IMG/VR virus record: IMGVR_UViG_3300025066_000140
Location: 1-24,943 of that record
Reading direction: 5' to 3' (one strand)
Length of the DNA: 24,943 nucleotides
Source: a virus
Taxonomy: Duplodnaviria > Caudoviricetes
A program made the position numbers and the translations under genes. The notes under the pieces were generated by a model that had not been told where the DNA came from, did no database searches, and saw nothing but the letters and a program-made list of their open reading frames with translations. This document shows positions 1 through 8,489 of the stretch, one piece after another (within the stretch, counting starts at the first letter, position 1; every line of letters starts with the position of its first letter).

Positions 1-2
1 GT

Positions 3-194
3 AAAAAGAAGAAGGTTCAACTAAGTCCTAATTTAAATCAATTCTGTAACTGGTGTCAACATAAAGACTTATGTCCTGAGTTTGGTGGAACCCCTGAAAT
101 GCTGGAGGAAGCTAAACAGTGTGAACAGGCAAAAAGGACAGCTAATAAGGTAAAGAACTCTAAGTTTGATAATCCTAATAAGTTTAATGTTTAA
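3..194 (+). CDS. 5'-truncated probable Cas4-like / PD-(D/E)XK (RecB-family) nuclease, C-terminal fragment
   Basis: Not in the ORF track. Frame 3 is open from the window edge: KKKKVQLSPNLNQFCNWCQHKDLCPEFGG...NKFNV* (TAA 192-194). CNWCQHKDLC matches the C-terminal C-x2-C-x5-C Fe-S staple of Cas4/AddB-type nucleases. The catalytic motifs would lie outside the window. Confidence 0.65.
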   Translation, partial: KKKKVQLSPNLNQFCNWCQHKDLCPEFGGTPEMLEEAKQCEQAKRTANKVKNSKFDNPNKFNV

Positions 195-469
195 TAAACT
201 ATAGGGTTATACAGAGTAATATCAATCTCTTCAAAGAAACACAATACTTCAGAAATGCTGTACTTGTGTTTTTTTGTGTATAGAGAGGTTAATGAATCTC
301 TTTTTATAGGCTTTTCTTCTCTTAAAGCTTTAAGTAGCCTTTCCTGGAAGATCTCTATAAAATTAGCGGAAAATCGATGTCTCCACTTTTCCTTAAACTC
401 TAAGGATAAAGCATAGTTCACTTGTTCTAGGAACTCCTTTATTTCTATACTATCTAAATTAGAACTCAT
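191..469 (-). CDS. hypothetical protein (92 aa)
   Basis: The only minus-strand ORF not shadowing a + gene. It fills the gap between neighbours, has a plausible helical composition, and its stop overlaps the upstream gene's stop (TTAA 191-194). Confidence 0.75.
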   Translation of the reverse strand: MSSNLDSIEIKEFLEQVNYALSLEFKEKWRHRFSANFIEIFQERLLKALREEKPIKRDSLTSLYTKKHKYSISEVLCFFEEIDITLYNPIVY

Positions 470-548
470 TATTATTCATTTTAAGTTTTTTCTTTGTTTC
501 GAAGTTTTTCAATTCAAAGTAAATTACAATTTAATTAAAGTCGAACAC

Positions 549-956
549 ATGGTAAAAAATAAGAAAAGATTAGAGAAAATTTCAAATACTAAGAAATTGG
601 GACAAAATGACAGAAGAAAGCTAGATTCTGTAGTAGGTAACTTATACACTTTCAATTACTCCTCTAAGACCGCCTCGGATGGAAGTCCTTTAATTCTAGC
701 AGTATATAGGACCGGAGGAGGTAGATTATTCAAAGCTAAGAACGGAAATACGTATATGGCAGGTATTACCCTTAATGGATTGGCTACCGGAACCAGAAAA
801 CTTATTATAGAGAAATTAATGGGAAAAAAGAGAATCTCTTACAGTATGATAAAGAGAGCAGGAGCTTCGTTTAAAGCGAAATACAGAATTTACAACTATA
901 GTAAAGCTCATAATTTATCCCTTGTTGACAGCTCTAAATACTTAGAGACCCTCTAA
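549..956 (+). CDS. putative T4 gp2-like DNA end protector protein
   Basis: Basic 135-aa protein. GNLYTFNYSSKT..D.SPLIL...AGITLNGL...R.LIIEKL...ISYSMIK...YRIY recalls the gp2 family pattern (G.lY.F.YdpK....yD.fPLi...GlNlhyl...R..ll..L...lsY..lk...k.Y). Divergent; recognised by eye. Confidence 0.5.
   Translation: MVKNKKRLEKISNTKKLGQNDRRKLDSVVGNLYTFNYSSKTASDGSPLILAVYRTGGGRLFKAKNGNTYMAGITLNGLATGTRKLIIEKLMGKKRISYSMIKRAGASFKAKYRIYNYSKAHNLSLVDSSKYLETL
934..947 (+). promoter_or_regulatory. candidate late promoter (CTAAATA-CT-TAGAG)
   Basis: TAAATA core resembles the T4-type late promoter TATAAATA and lies 17 nt before the tape measure ATG. A near-identical motif occurs at 24457-24471. Confidence 0.3.
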
Positions 957-957
957 T

Positions 958-2664
958 ATGGCTAAAGAAGAAGAAACCAATACCGCTCGTAAAAGTATAG
1001 GTGCTACTAAGCAACTAACCGGAGCAATGGCTCGCAACGTTCCTGCGTTGCAGTTGTTGACCGCTTCCTTAGGTAAACTGCACATAGTACAAGGGACATT
1101 ATCCAAATCCTTAATTAATACTGGGCAGACACAATTAAACAGTATAACGCAACTCGGTAAAACTGTGGATAACGCAGGTTTAGGGTTAGCGGAATCTGTA
1201 GAGTTAAACGCAGAGGTTTTAGATAGAGGTTTAGCTACATATGGCGCAAATACTAAAGCTTTAAATGATGCGGGTTCAGCCTTTTCTAAGACCAAGACAG
1301 TATTAAGCCAATTCAAGAATCTTGGAAGAGATACAAAAGCAATGACAAAGGTCTTGGGAGTGAATAGTCAAATGCTTGGATTATCCCTAGACGCCTCCCT
1401 TGAACTAGCAGAGCAATCTCAGAAATTAGGTGAGGCTTATGGCTTCTCAGGGGATAAATTAATAAAAGCTATAGAGCAGCTAGAAAAAACATGGGTCGGT
1501 TCTACGGCTACTTACGGAAAAGAAGTTGCCCTGGCTTCCGAAAAAGCCCTTATGCTTATGACCGCAAAGTTTGGTCCAGAGGCTGCTAAGCATACTCAAG
1601 AATTATCGGCCGCATTACTTGGTGGTGATCAAAAAGCTGCGAATTTAGCGACTACGCTAGGTGTTAGTATGGCAGACCTGTCTTCCAAGAATGCAGAAAC
1701 GCAAGCGCAGGCATTAATGCAAGCACTTGAAAATTTAAAAGGGATGGTTGGAGATACAGAAGGTCAAGCTGACGCTGCATATTGGGTACATCCCCTTCTT
1801 TCAAGCCTAGGAGCTACTCCCGGAATGCTCGCCATGGCTAACTTAGAACCTTTGACTCGGAGTCAGTTTAAGGAAAGTAGAGCAAAATCTCTTGAGGAAG
1901 CAGCACAAGCAGCTAGAGAGGCTGATGTAATGGCGTCCCTCAAGGAATCGGTCGCGAGTATAACCGTTGCCTTAATACCTGCAATAGAAATTGTAGCTAA
2001 GGTTTTGCAGGGAATAGCGGAAACGGCGAAATTTCTTAAAAATCAAATCGCCGCATTTGTAGTAATGTGGGCAGCCCGCGCCATGATAAATAAAACATCC
2101 GCCGCGATTGGGATGATGGGGGGTACAGGGATAACAAAAGCTCACGGAGTAATCGGAAAATCGGGTAAAGCAATACATGGAACCGGAGCGCGAAATGCAA
2201 TTCGAGCAGGGACTGCAAAATCAACAGGTTCTATATCTATGTTCCAAAAAATGTTCATTAAATTTAGTGGTAAATTTGGCAAGATATTCAGTAAAATCGG
2301 AGGTAAGTTTATAGGTAAGTTACTTGGATTTCTAGCCAAGGGTATCCTAAGATTCTTAGGTCCTATAGGTATTATTTTATCCTTCCTTCCTCAGATTCTC
2401 TCATGGTTTGGTGTGGGAGCGGATAGTGATGAGGAGGCTAAAAAACAGCGAGAGAAGACTAATGCGTTACTAGACAAACCTTCAAAACAGGAAGATCACT
2501 TATTAACTATAGCTCAATCTTTGAACCAAAATAATATATACCAAGAGCAATTAATACTCCAAGCAGAAGAACAAACCCAACTAGCTAAAGACTCTAATAT
2601 GTCTAAACCTCCCGCACAACTTGGACCCCAATTTGATATACCTCCAAAAGGAGTTACCATATAA
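958..2664 (+). CDS. tail tape measure protein
   Basis: 568 aa, Ala/Leu/Gln/Lys-rich and helical. It has a C-terminal amphipathic/hydrophobic G/K/F stretch (KFGKIFSKIGGKFIGKLLGFLAKGILRFLGPIGIILSFL) and sits directly upstream of the tube-initiator, LysM and hub genes. Confidence 0.8.
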   Translation: MAKEEETNTARKSIGATKQLTGAMARNVPALQLLTASLGKLHIVQGTLSKSLINTGQTQLNSITQLGKTVDNAGLGLAESVELNAEVLDRGLATYGANTKALNDAGSAFSKTKTVLSQFKNLGRDTKAMTKVLGVNSQMLGLSLDASLELAEQSQKLGEAYGFSGDKLIKAIEQLEKTWVGSTATYGKEVALASEKALMLMTAKFGPEAAKHTQELSAALLGGDQKAANLATTLGVSMADLSSKNAETQAQALMQALENLKGMVGDTEGQADAAYWVHPLLSSLGATPGMLAMANLEPLTRSQFKESRAKSLEEAAQAAREADVMASLKESVASITVALIPAIEIVAKVLQGIAETAKFLKNQIAAFVVMWAARAMINKTSAAIGMMGGTGITKAHGVIGKSGKAIHGTGARNAIRAGTAKSTGSISMFQKMFIKFSGKFGKIFSKIGGKFIGKLLGFLAKGILRFLGPIGIILSFLPQILSWFGVGADSDEEAKKQREKTNALLDKPSKQEDHLLTIAQSLNQNNIYQEQLILQAEEQTQLAKDSNMSKPPAQLGPQFDIPPKGVTI

Positions 2665-3974
2665 TGTCTTTAAAAATTGATAAAGTTACTAACTGGGCTA
2701 AAGCAAATGGGGATCGGATAGATGCTCACTGGGGTCAAAGTCTTCCGAGCCCATATTCTAATTTACTTTTCGGGAGAAGTGCGTTCGGGTTAGCTTCCGA
2801 TACTTTAGGTCTTGGGAAGTATACTATGGGTTTAAGCCCTACCGATTTAACAGATTGGGAAGCAATAAAAGATCAGGCGGTAAATTGGGGTCTTTCTAAA
2901 GCAGGAAGTCTTCTTACAGGATGGCTGACATCTACAGATAGAGCTTGGTTAGATGGATTAGATAAGAATCAAGTAGTGAGCGGGTACTGGGAAGGGTATA
3001 GATATAATCATAAAATAGAATATAGAGGATTTATATCATTTGCATACCCTGCTATTGCTGTAGGCGACGAACTTCAAGAAGCTGCATTTAAAGGTAAGAT
3101 TCATAGAGATGGGGAGGAATTTTCTGTACTAAAGTTACCTTTCTTTGAGAATCCTAAAATTTCAGAAAGCCGTAGTTCATCATATGCATCCCAAGAAATT
3201 ATTAACAGGAACGAACCTTATAGAATGTGGATGGGTTCTAAAGCTAGAAAAGTTTCTCTAGATTTTAAAATAACTTTACCTCATCTCCTAACATTCGCGG
3301 AAGAGCAATTGAGCACTTTAGTAAAAGGGGAACTTATATCTAATAAGTTCCAAGATAGTATAACTAAAGCATTAATAGACCAAATGCAAGGGATTCCTAA
3401 GGATGTCTATGATCCACCTATACCAGAACCCGAAGAAGGTTTCCTAGAAGGTATTACAGGCGCCGTTAGTGATTTTGTAGATGGTGTTAGCGAGTCTATA
3501 TCTGAATTCGGTCAAGATGCTATGGATTACTTATTTGGGTCCGACCAAGCTGAAGACGTGAAAGATTACTTAGAAGATAGGTATGAGTTAACTAACGCTA
3601 TTCTAGAAAAGGTAGACCATTCAATAGGGTTAGGCTCTAATAAAAGTACCAGATCTCAAGTTATAATCTATGCTATGTATTTAATAGATTTAATTAGGTC
3701 TAGTGTTATAGGCTCTACTAAGCAAAACTCTACGGACCCTTACGGTAAAAAATTAAGTAATCCCCCAGTTATATTCTTAAATTACGGATCTATGTTTAAT
3801 AATGATCCCTTTGTAGCAACTTCATACTCTATTACTTTTGATGGTGCTAAAGGCGGGTATGAAGAATTATCATTAATCCCAAGGATTATAACTGTTAAAA
3901 TGACTTTGGAAAGTTACGATCAACTACTAGATAGTCAGAAATCTCAAGGAATTTTAAAGAGGATTAATTTATAA
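2664..3974 (+). CDS. baseplate tail-tube initiator-like protein (P2 gpU / T4 gp48-gp54 / CIS-tube class)
   Basis: LPFFENPKISESRSSSYASQEIINRNEPYRMWMGSKARKVSLDFKI and PPVIFLNYGSMF...FVATSYSITFD...IPRIITVKMTLE are typical tube-fold motifs. Canonical position between the TMP and the LysM gene. Confidence 0.7.
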   Translation: MSLKIDKVTNWAKANGDRIDAHWGQSLPSPYSNLLFGRSAFGLASDTLGLGKYTMGLSPTDLTDWEAIKDQAVNWGLSKAGSLLTGWLTSTDRAWLDGLDKNQVVSGYWEGYRYNHKIEYRGFISFAYPAIAVGDELQEAAFKGKIHRDGEEFSVLKLPFFENPKISESRSSSYASQEIINRNEPYRMWMGSKARKVSLDFKITLPHLLTFAEEQLSTLVKGELISNKFQDSITKALIDQMQGIPKDVYDPPIPEPEEGFLEGITGAVSDFVDGVSESISEFGQDAMDYLFGSDQAEDVKDYLEDRYELTNAILEKVDHSIGLGSNKSTRSQVIIYAMYLIDLIRSSVIGSTKQNSTDPYGKKLSNPPVIFLNYGSMFNNDPFVATSYSITFDGAKGGYEELSLIPRIITVKMTLESYDQLLDSQKSQGILKRINL

Positions 3975-3976
3975 TT

Positions 3977-4273
3977 ATGAGTATTCACGACAGATTTACC
4001 AAATTTTCCTTCACCTCTCAAATACACAAAGGACATAGTATTAAGAATATTACTATTAACTCTAAATGGGAGAACCTCCAGAAAACCTTGAGCAGGTATG
4101 ATTACAACTTAGCTTTAATTCCTAATGGTATGGAGGGTAGACCAGACCTTATATCAAATAGTATTTACAAAACTCCCGACTTATGGTGGTTAATTTGTGC
4201 TGCTAATAATATTATTGATCCTTTTGAGGAATTAACTTCAGGAAAAAAAATAAAAATCCCTATAATAGGCTAG
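3977..4273 (+). CDS. gp53: baseplate wedge protein, T4 gp53 / LysM-like
   Basis: GRPDLISNSIYKTPDLWWLICAANNIIDPFEELTSGKKIKIP is the characteristic gp53/LysM-like motif. Confidence 0.85.
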   Translation: MSIHDRFTKFSFTSQIHKGHSIKNITINSKWENLQKTLSRYDYNLALIPNGMEGRPDLISNSIYKTPDLWWLICAANNIIDPFEELTSGKKIKIPIIG

Positions 4274-4277
4274 TATC

Positions 4278-7121
4278 ATGGTAGACTACAACAAAAGTTC
4301 TACGGTAATTAAATTGGCTGTAATAGGGGATGTTCATGCGGACGCCTCTGCTGTTAAGGTTATCCCTAACGACCAGATTAAAAACTTTAAGTATACCTTA
4401 CTAGGGGATGATGCATTTAAATTTGTTATAGAATTAGTTAATTATGATGATGCGTTCCTAACGTCTATCACAAAATCAGTGAATACTATGGTTAAGGACG
4501 TGGGCGCCCCTGATTATACTAACCTTGATGAGGATAATGCTAACCTTAAATCTCTCCCTAAACTCCTAATTCAATTTGGGTATGAAGATCATAATTCAAA
4601 AGAAGTATTATCTCATGTCCATCTTACTAATGTTACGGATGTTAAATATCAATTTACCCAAGGTCAGGAAAAAATACTAGTAATTACTTCAAGATTTAGT
4701 CCCAGCAAAAACTCTGATCCTGAAGATTTAGCCGCATACCAATCTACGAGTTTTATAGATATCATATTCCCAGAGGCTAATAGACCTGATGGGGTTAATT
4801 GTTATTTTAAACCCTCACAACAAGGTGCTGCTGAAAATTCGAATAGTAAGATTACATATCATGATTTAGTTATTAATGTTGTAAGGGATCTCGTGGGTCC
4901 TAAGGATGGCACAGAGTTTAAATATTTAGAACCTGATAAGAAAACTAAAACCGCTATTACGGGGATTATCAATAGAGCAATTTTTAAAGCTTTATCTCAT
5001 CGCCCTGAAGTACCTGAAGGCGTTTGGGAGACTGTGAAAGCCAACGTTGCTAGTTGGGTTTCCCCTTTAGACAATCTTAAAGAGATCGCTTTAACGAGCT
5101 TTAACTCCGAGTTTATGGAACACTACTTAGGATTTGGTGAGCACGAGTGGGATAAGCTGGTGGAACTTTCTAAAGAACTTAAATTAGAATTCACTAGAAG
5201 ATACGGTCATTATAACCCTACCGAAGAAATCTCGAAAGCGTTTTCAGGCGCTTTTGATTCCGCTATGAATGTCGGGGAGAAGCTCGCCACAGCGACGGGA
5301 AACGTTATACTAGGAAATACCCAGAACTCCCTCACCGACCTCGCTGTCGATTTTGGCACAAAACTACTCAATGGGTATTTGGCCTCGGAGCTAGTATACA
5401 TTATAAATAATAATTCAGGCGGCATTGCCCAAGGAAATATAGAACAAGCTATGGTTGACGATGGTCTTGAACTCGATGAATTCGGTCTTGTCCCCCCTTT
5501 TAATGCTAAAATCCTCACCGGATATGGTGAACAGGCAAGGAATATACTGGCGGGGAAAGAGGGAGTACTGAACGTAGAGATAATTAATTACCCTTCCTCC
5601 CATGTGGGTAGGAAATATAAAGTACCTTTTAACGGAAACGAAATGGTGCTTCATTTTATGATGGATAATGATGGTAATGTAACTACCACCATTGACACTG
5701 AGGCTGGACCTGCACCTTTCGCGGATCGATTGATGCTAATTGCTGATGAACTTAATGAGCAGACAACTTTCGATAAACGTGAAGATTTGCAAGAAGTAGC
5801 AGAGGCTGAACAAGAGGAACGTGAGAGAATAGATGAAGAGAGGAGGAACCCTACTCCCGAGGGGACCGGGTATAAACTCGCAGGGCTGCCACACTCTGAG
5901 AAAAGAAATATTTTTAATCGAGATATAAAAGTAAGCGCTATTTCGGAGGAAGGTGTATCCACTCACGCAACAGCAGCTTCTATAATAAAAGCGTATAATA
6001 AATTATTCTCAGCCGATAAGCCTGAATATGAACTTGAAATTTTATATCATGTTGGAACTTCCTCAGGAGATTTTAACTCTATCTTACTAGAGAACGAAGG
6101 AGACCCTAAAAAAACTCGTACTTTACACGCTGTTATCGGACTTAAACCTGATATAACTGCATATAAAAATTCTCTTAAAGAATTAGAAATTACTAGCAGC
6201 CCACTTACCAAAGAGGATGAGGATCATGCGATTATACATTTAGATTACGGTAGGAATACAAGTATTGTTAAGTATTTTGATTTTACGGGGGATATTAGAT
6301 GGTTAAGAAATATAAACACGGCTATTGTTACTAATAGCTATGTGGATAATGTGTATCCCTTTTTAGAGACCAAAACAATACAAAAAACATTTACTTCAAT
6401 AGTTCCTTTACTTTTAAAAGACCAGGAATTTCTTCATGAAATGAGAGCCGCTGACGAAACACTTAACGATGCAAAAATAGATGATGACGATCCAGATTCT
6501 GACATTAAAAAGGTGCTAGAAGATCTATTAGCGCAGTTTCAAGGACAGATTAATCTTGAGGACGAAGCACCTGGGGATGATTATTATAATGGTGTAAATG
6601 CTCTCACCCCCGAAATGTTAAAAAGTTTATCTTATGTAGAAGATTATATCGAAGCTGGAAACAGCGCCGGATATTTAAATCGAGGTCTTGGCGATGATTT
6701 TAAAGAAAAAATGTCGTCTTTTAATTTATTCTTAGGTGGAATGGCAAATACAGAGTCTATAAAATTATTAATGGATTATAAAAATGCAGATCAAGGATTT
6801 GTTATAAAACCTTCTAATGTATTTGATAAAGCCGCGCAAGATACAAGGACTCCTGAACTAAAAAACGCTCTTGCGATATATCAGAACAATATGAATATGT
6901 TTGCGGAAATTAAAATTAAAACATTAGGAATCCCTGAAGTAACTACAGTTCAAGATATCACCCAAAGAGCAGTCGCATTATCCGTATACGATCCTTCCGA
7001 GAATAACGACCGCAAACACTGGCTATCTGGACTGTATAAGATTACCTCCCTATCCCATAGTATCACCGCATCAGAATCATACTCCTCAGAATTAACCTTA
7101 CTAAAACTTCCATCTCACTAA
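4278..7121 (+). CDS. baseplate hub protein (T4 gp27 / Mu gp44 / P2 gpD class) with a large insertion
   Basis: N-terminal IQFGY strand and C-terminal IKIKTLGIP...WLSGLYKITSLSHSIT..SYSSELTLLK hub signature. Lies between the LysM and spike genes; 947 aa is long for a hub. Confidence 0.75.
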   Translation: MVDYNKSSTVIKLAVIGDVHADASAVKVIPNDQIKNFKYTLLGDDAFKFVIELVNYDDAFLTSITKSVNTMVKDVGAPDYTNLDEDNANLKSLPKLLIQFGYEDHNSKEVLSHVHLTNVTDVKYQFTQGQEKILVITSRFSPSKNSDPEDLAAYQSTSFIDIIFPEANRPDGVNCYFKPSQQGAAENSNSKITYHDLVINVVRDLVGPKDGTEFKYLEPDKKTKTAITGIINRAIFKALSHRPEVPEGVWETVKANVASWVSPLDNLKEIALTSFNSEFMEHYLGFGEHEWDKLVELSKELKLEFTRRYGHYNPTEEISKAFSGAFDSAMNVGEKLATATGNVILGNTQNSLTDLAVDFGTKLLNGYLASELVYIINNNSGGIAQGNIEQAMVDDGLELDEFGLVPPFNAKILTGYGEQARNILAGKEGVLNVEIINYPSSHVGRKYKVPFNGNEMVLHFMMDNDGNVTTTIDTEAGPAPFADRLMLIADELNEQTTFDKREDLQEVAEAEQEERERIDEERRNPTPEGTGYKLAGLPHSEKRNIFNRDIKVSAISEEGVSTHATAASIIKAYNKLFSADKPEYELEILYHVGTSSGDFNSILLENEGDPKKTRTLHAVIGLKPDITAYKNSLKELEITSSPLTKEDEDHAIIHLDYGRNTSIVKYFDFTGDIRWLRNINTAIVTNSYVDNVYPFLETKTIQKTFTSIVPLLLKDQEFLHEMRAADETLNDAKIDDDDPDSDIKKVLEDLLAQFQGQINLEDEAPGDDYYNGVNALTPEMLKSLSYVEDYIEAGNSAGYLNRGLGDDFKEKMSSFNLFLGGMANTESIKLLMDYKNADQGFVIKPSNVFDKAAQDTRTPELKNALAIYQNNMNMFAEIKIKTLGIPEVTTVQDITQRAVALSVYDPSENNDRKHWLSGLYKITSLSHSITASESYSSELTLLKLPSH

Positions 7122-7125
7122 TATT

Positions 7126-8199
7126 ATGCCAGTACCACGACAACCCATAGCGTATGTACCTCACCTTGCGGAAGTACAGAGAGGGGGTCATATTGACACC
7201 TCCAAAACAGGAACCCTGTTAGTTAAATTAATCGGAGGTCCTGGGATTTCCCAAGATGTTATTACAGCTAATAGCTTAATGCCTTTCGGCGGTAGAGGTC
7301 ACGGAATATTCGGTCCAGTTGAACCTCATACTAAAGTATTGGTTATCCCAGTACTAACAGATCCTCAAGACCCAGATAAAGGATGTAAATGGTATTGGGT
7401 AGGAGTAGTCCCCTCCATCGATTACGTGCGTAAAGAGAAATACGAGGAGGAATCCCAAACCTCACCTCACATTGCAGTAAGGAGTACTATCCCCGAATCC
7501 GAAAGAGTATATGGTTTAGATGAAGTTCCTACTAAAACAATTCTAAAGAATATGGTTGGTCATAAATTAGAACTCGCTGAAACCGTACTTGCAGACCCGA
7601 ATAAAGAAATTATTCAAGAAGATTATATTCAAATGGCTACAAACTCTAATAAATTCATTAAAATAGATGATGGTGTTGGGAAAGGGTATGATAGGATAGA
7701 AATTTCAGATAATAAAGATAATAGAATTGTTATTAAAACTGGAGACGATGATGATGCCGATCCGGGATGGGGTCCTGAGTCCATTACTATTGAGTGCACT
7801 GGAAACACACATGTTTTAAGTAAAGCTGGGGAAATGGATATACGAGTAGGTCCCGATAGTACTTCTAATATTACAATTCAAAATAATGGAACCGGAGATA
7901 TTGTTTGTCAATGTGATCAAGGGAATACTTATGTTTTAGCCGAAAAAGACATTTACGTTGAATCCACCAATCTTAGAGTTACCGAAACCGATTCCATCTT
8001 TATAGAAGCTGGGAATAATACAACAGTTAACACTGGTAATGATACAACTATTACTACAGGAAACAATTTAACAGTACATGCAGAAGGTACAGCTAGTGTC
8101 ACCTCTGTGGATGATATGACAATTCACACCGATAAAGATATGGCAATCGACGCAGGGGGGGATATGACCTTAACCGCAACAAATATAAATCTAAATTAA
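7126..8199 (+). CDS. baseplate central spike (gp5/VgrG/gpV-like: OB-fold plus triple beta-helix)
   Basis: N-terminal D.SKTG.L.V...MPFGG.G.G.F.P...T.VLV OB-fold pattern, then LKNMVGHKLEL. C-terminal ~8-residue repeats (EAGNNTTVNTGNDTTITTGNNLTV...) end in INLN. Followed by a PAAR gene. Confidence 0.85.
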   Translation: MPVPRQPIAYVPHLAEVQRGGHIDTSKTGTLLVKLIGGPGISQDVITANSLMPFGGRGHGIFGPVEPHTKVLVIPVLTDPQDPDKGCKWYWVGVVPSIDYVRKEKYEEESQTSPHIAVRSTIPESERVYGLDEVPTKTILKNMVGHKLELAETVLADPNKEIIQEDYIQMATNSNKFIKIDDGVGKGYDRIEISDNKDNRIVIKTGDDDDADPGWGPESITIECTGNTHVLSKAGEMDIRVGPDSTSNITIQNNGTGDIVCQCDQGNTYVLAEKDIYVESTNLRVTETDSIFIEAGNNTTVNTGNDTTITTGNNLTVHAEGTASVTSVDDMTIHTDKDMAIDAGGDMTLTATNINLN

Positions 8200-8201
8200 T
8201 A

Positions 8202-8468
8202 ATGACACTTATCGCAATTGATGGAAATCCTAATACTATATGCTCCGACACATTATCAGCCGGTAGTCCTGATGTATTTATAGAGGGAGCGAAAGTGGGT
8301 CTTAATGGGGACTCATCTGGAGGATCTGTATCTTCGTCTCAAACTACCGTAAAAGCAAATGGCAAGTACATCTTACTTAAAGGCGATGCTGTGGCTTACC
8401 ACGGCGACAATCCCCATGGTCCTCAAAAACTCGCAACCCCTCCACAATCCACCGTGTCTATTGGATAA
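8202..8468 (+). CDS. PAAR-repeat spike tip protein (T4 gp5.4-like)
   Basis: GSPDVFIEGAKVGLNGD, TTVKANGKYILLKGD and terminal STVSIG are PAAR-like repeats. Cys and His residues are available as metal ligands. Immediately follows the spike gene. Confidence 0.85.
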   Translation: MTLIAIDGNPNTICSDTLSAGSPDVFIEGAKVGLNGDSSGGSVSSSQTTVKANGKYILLKGDAVAYHGDNPHGPQKLATPPQSTVSIG

Positions 8469-8489
8469 GTATATATATAGTAAAACCCA

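Noticed and set aside
925-959. Perfect TTGACA -35 hexamer upstream of the TMP
   Set aside because: There is no -10 at 16-18 nt spacing; the nearest TAATAT is 23 nt away and overlaps the ATG.
4241-4277. A8 slippery run or TAG read-through that might fuse gp53 to the hub
   Set aside because: The hub frame has TAA at 4251 immediately after the run, and read-through of TAG 4271-4273 is out of frame with the hub. No evidence for recoding or an alternative genetic code.
5402-5409. Exact T4 late promoter TATAAATA
   Set aside because: It is mid-gene, far from any start, and expected by chance in AT-rich DNA.
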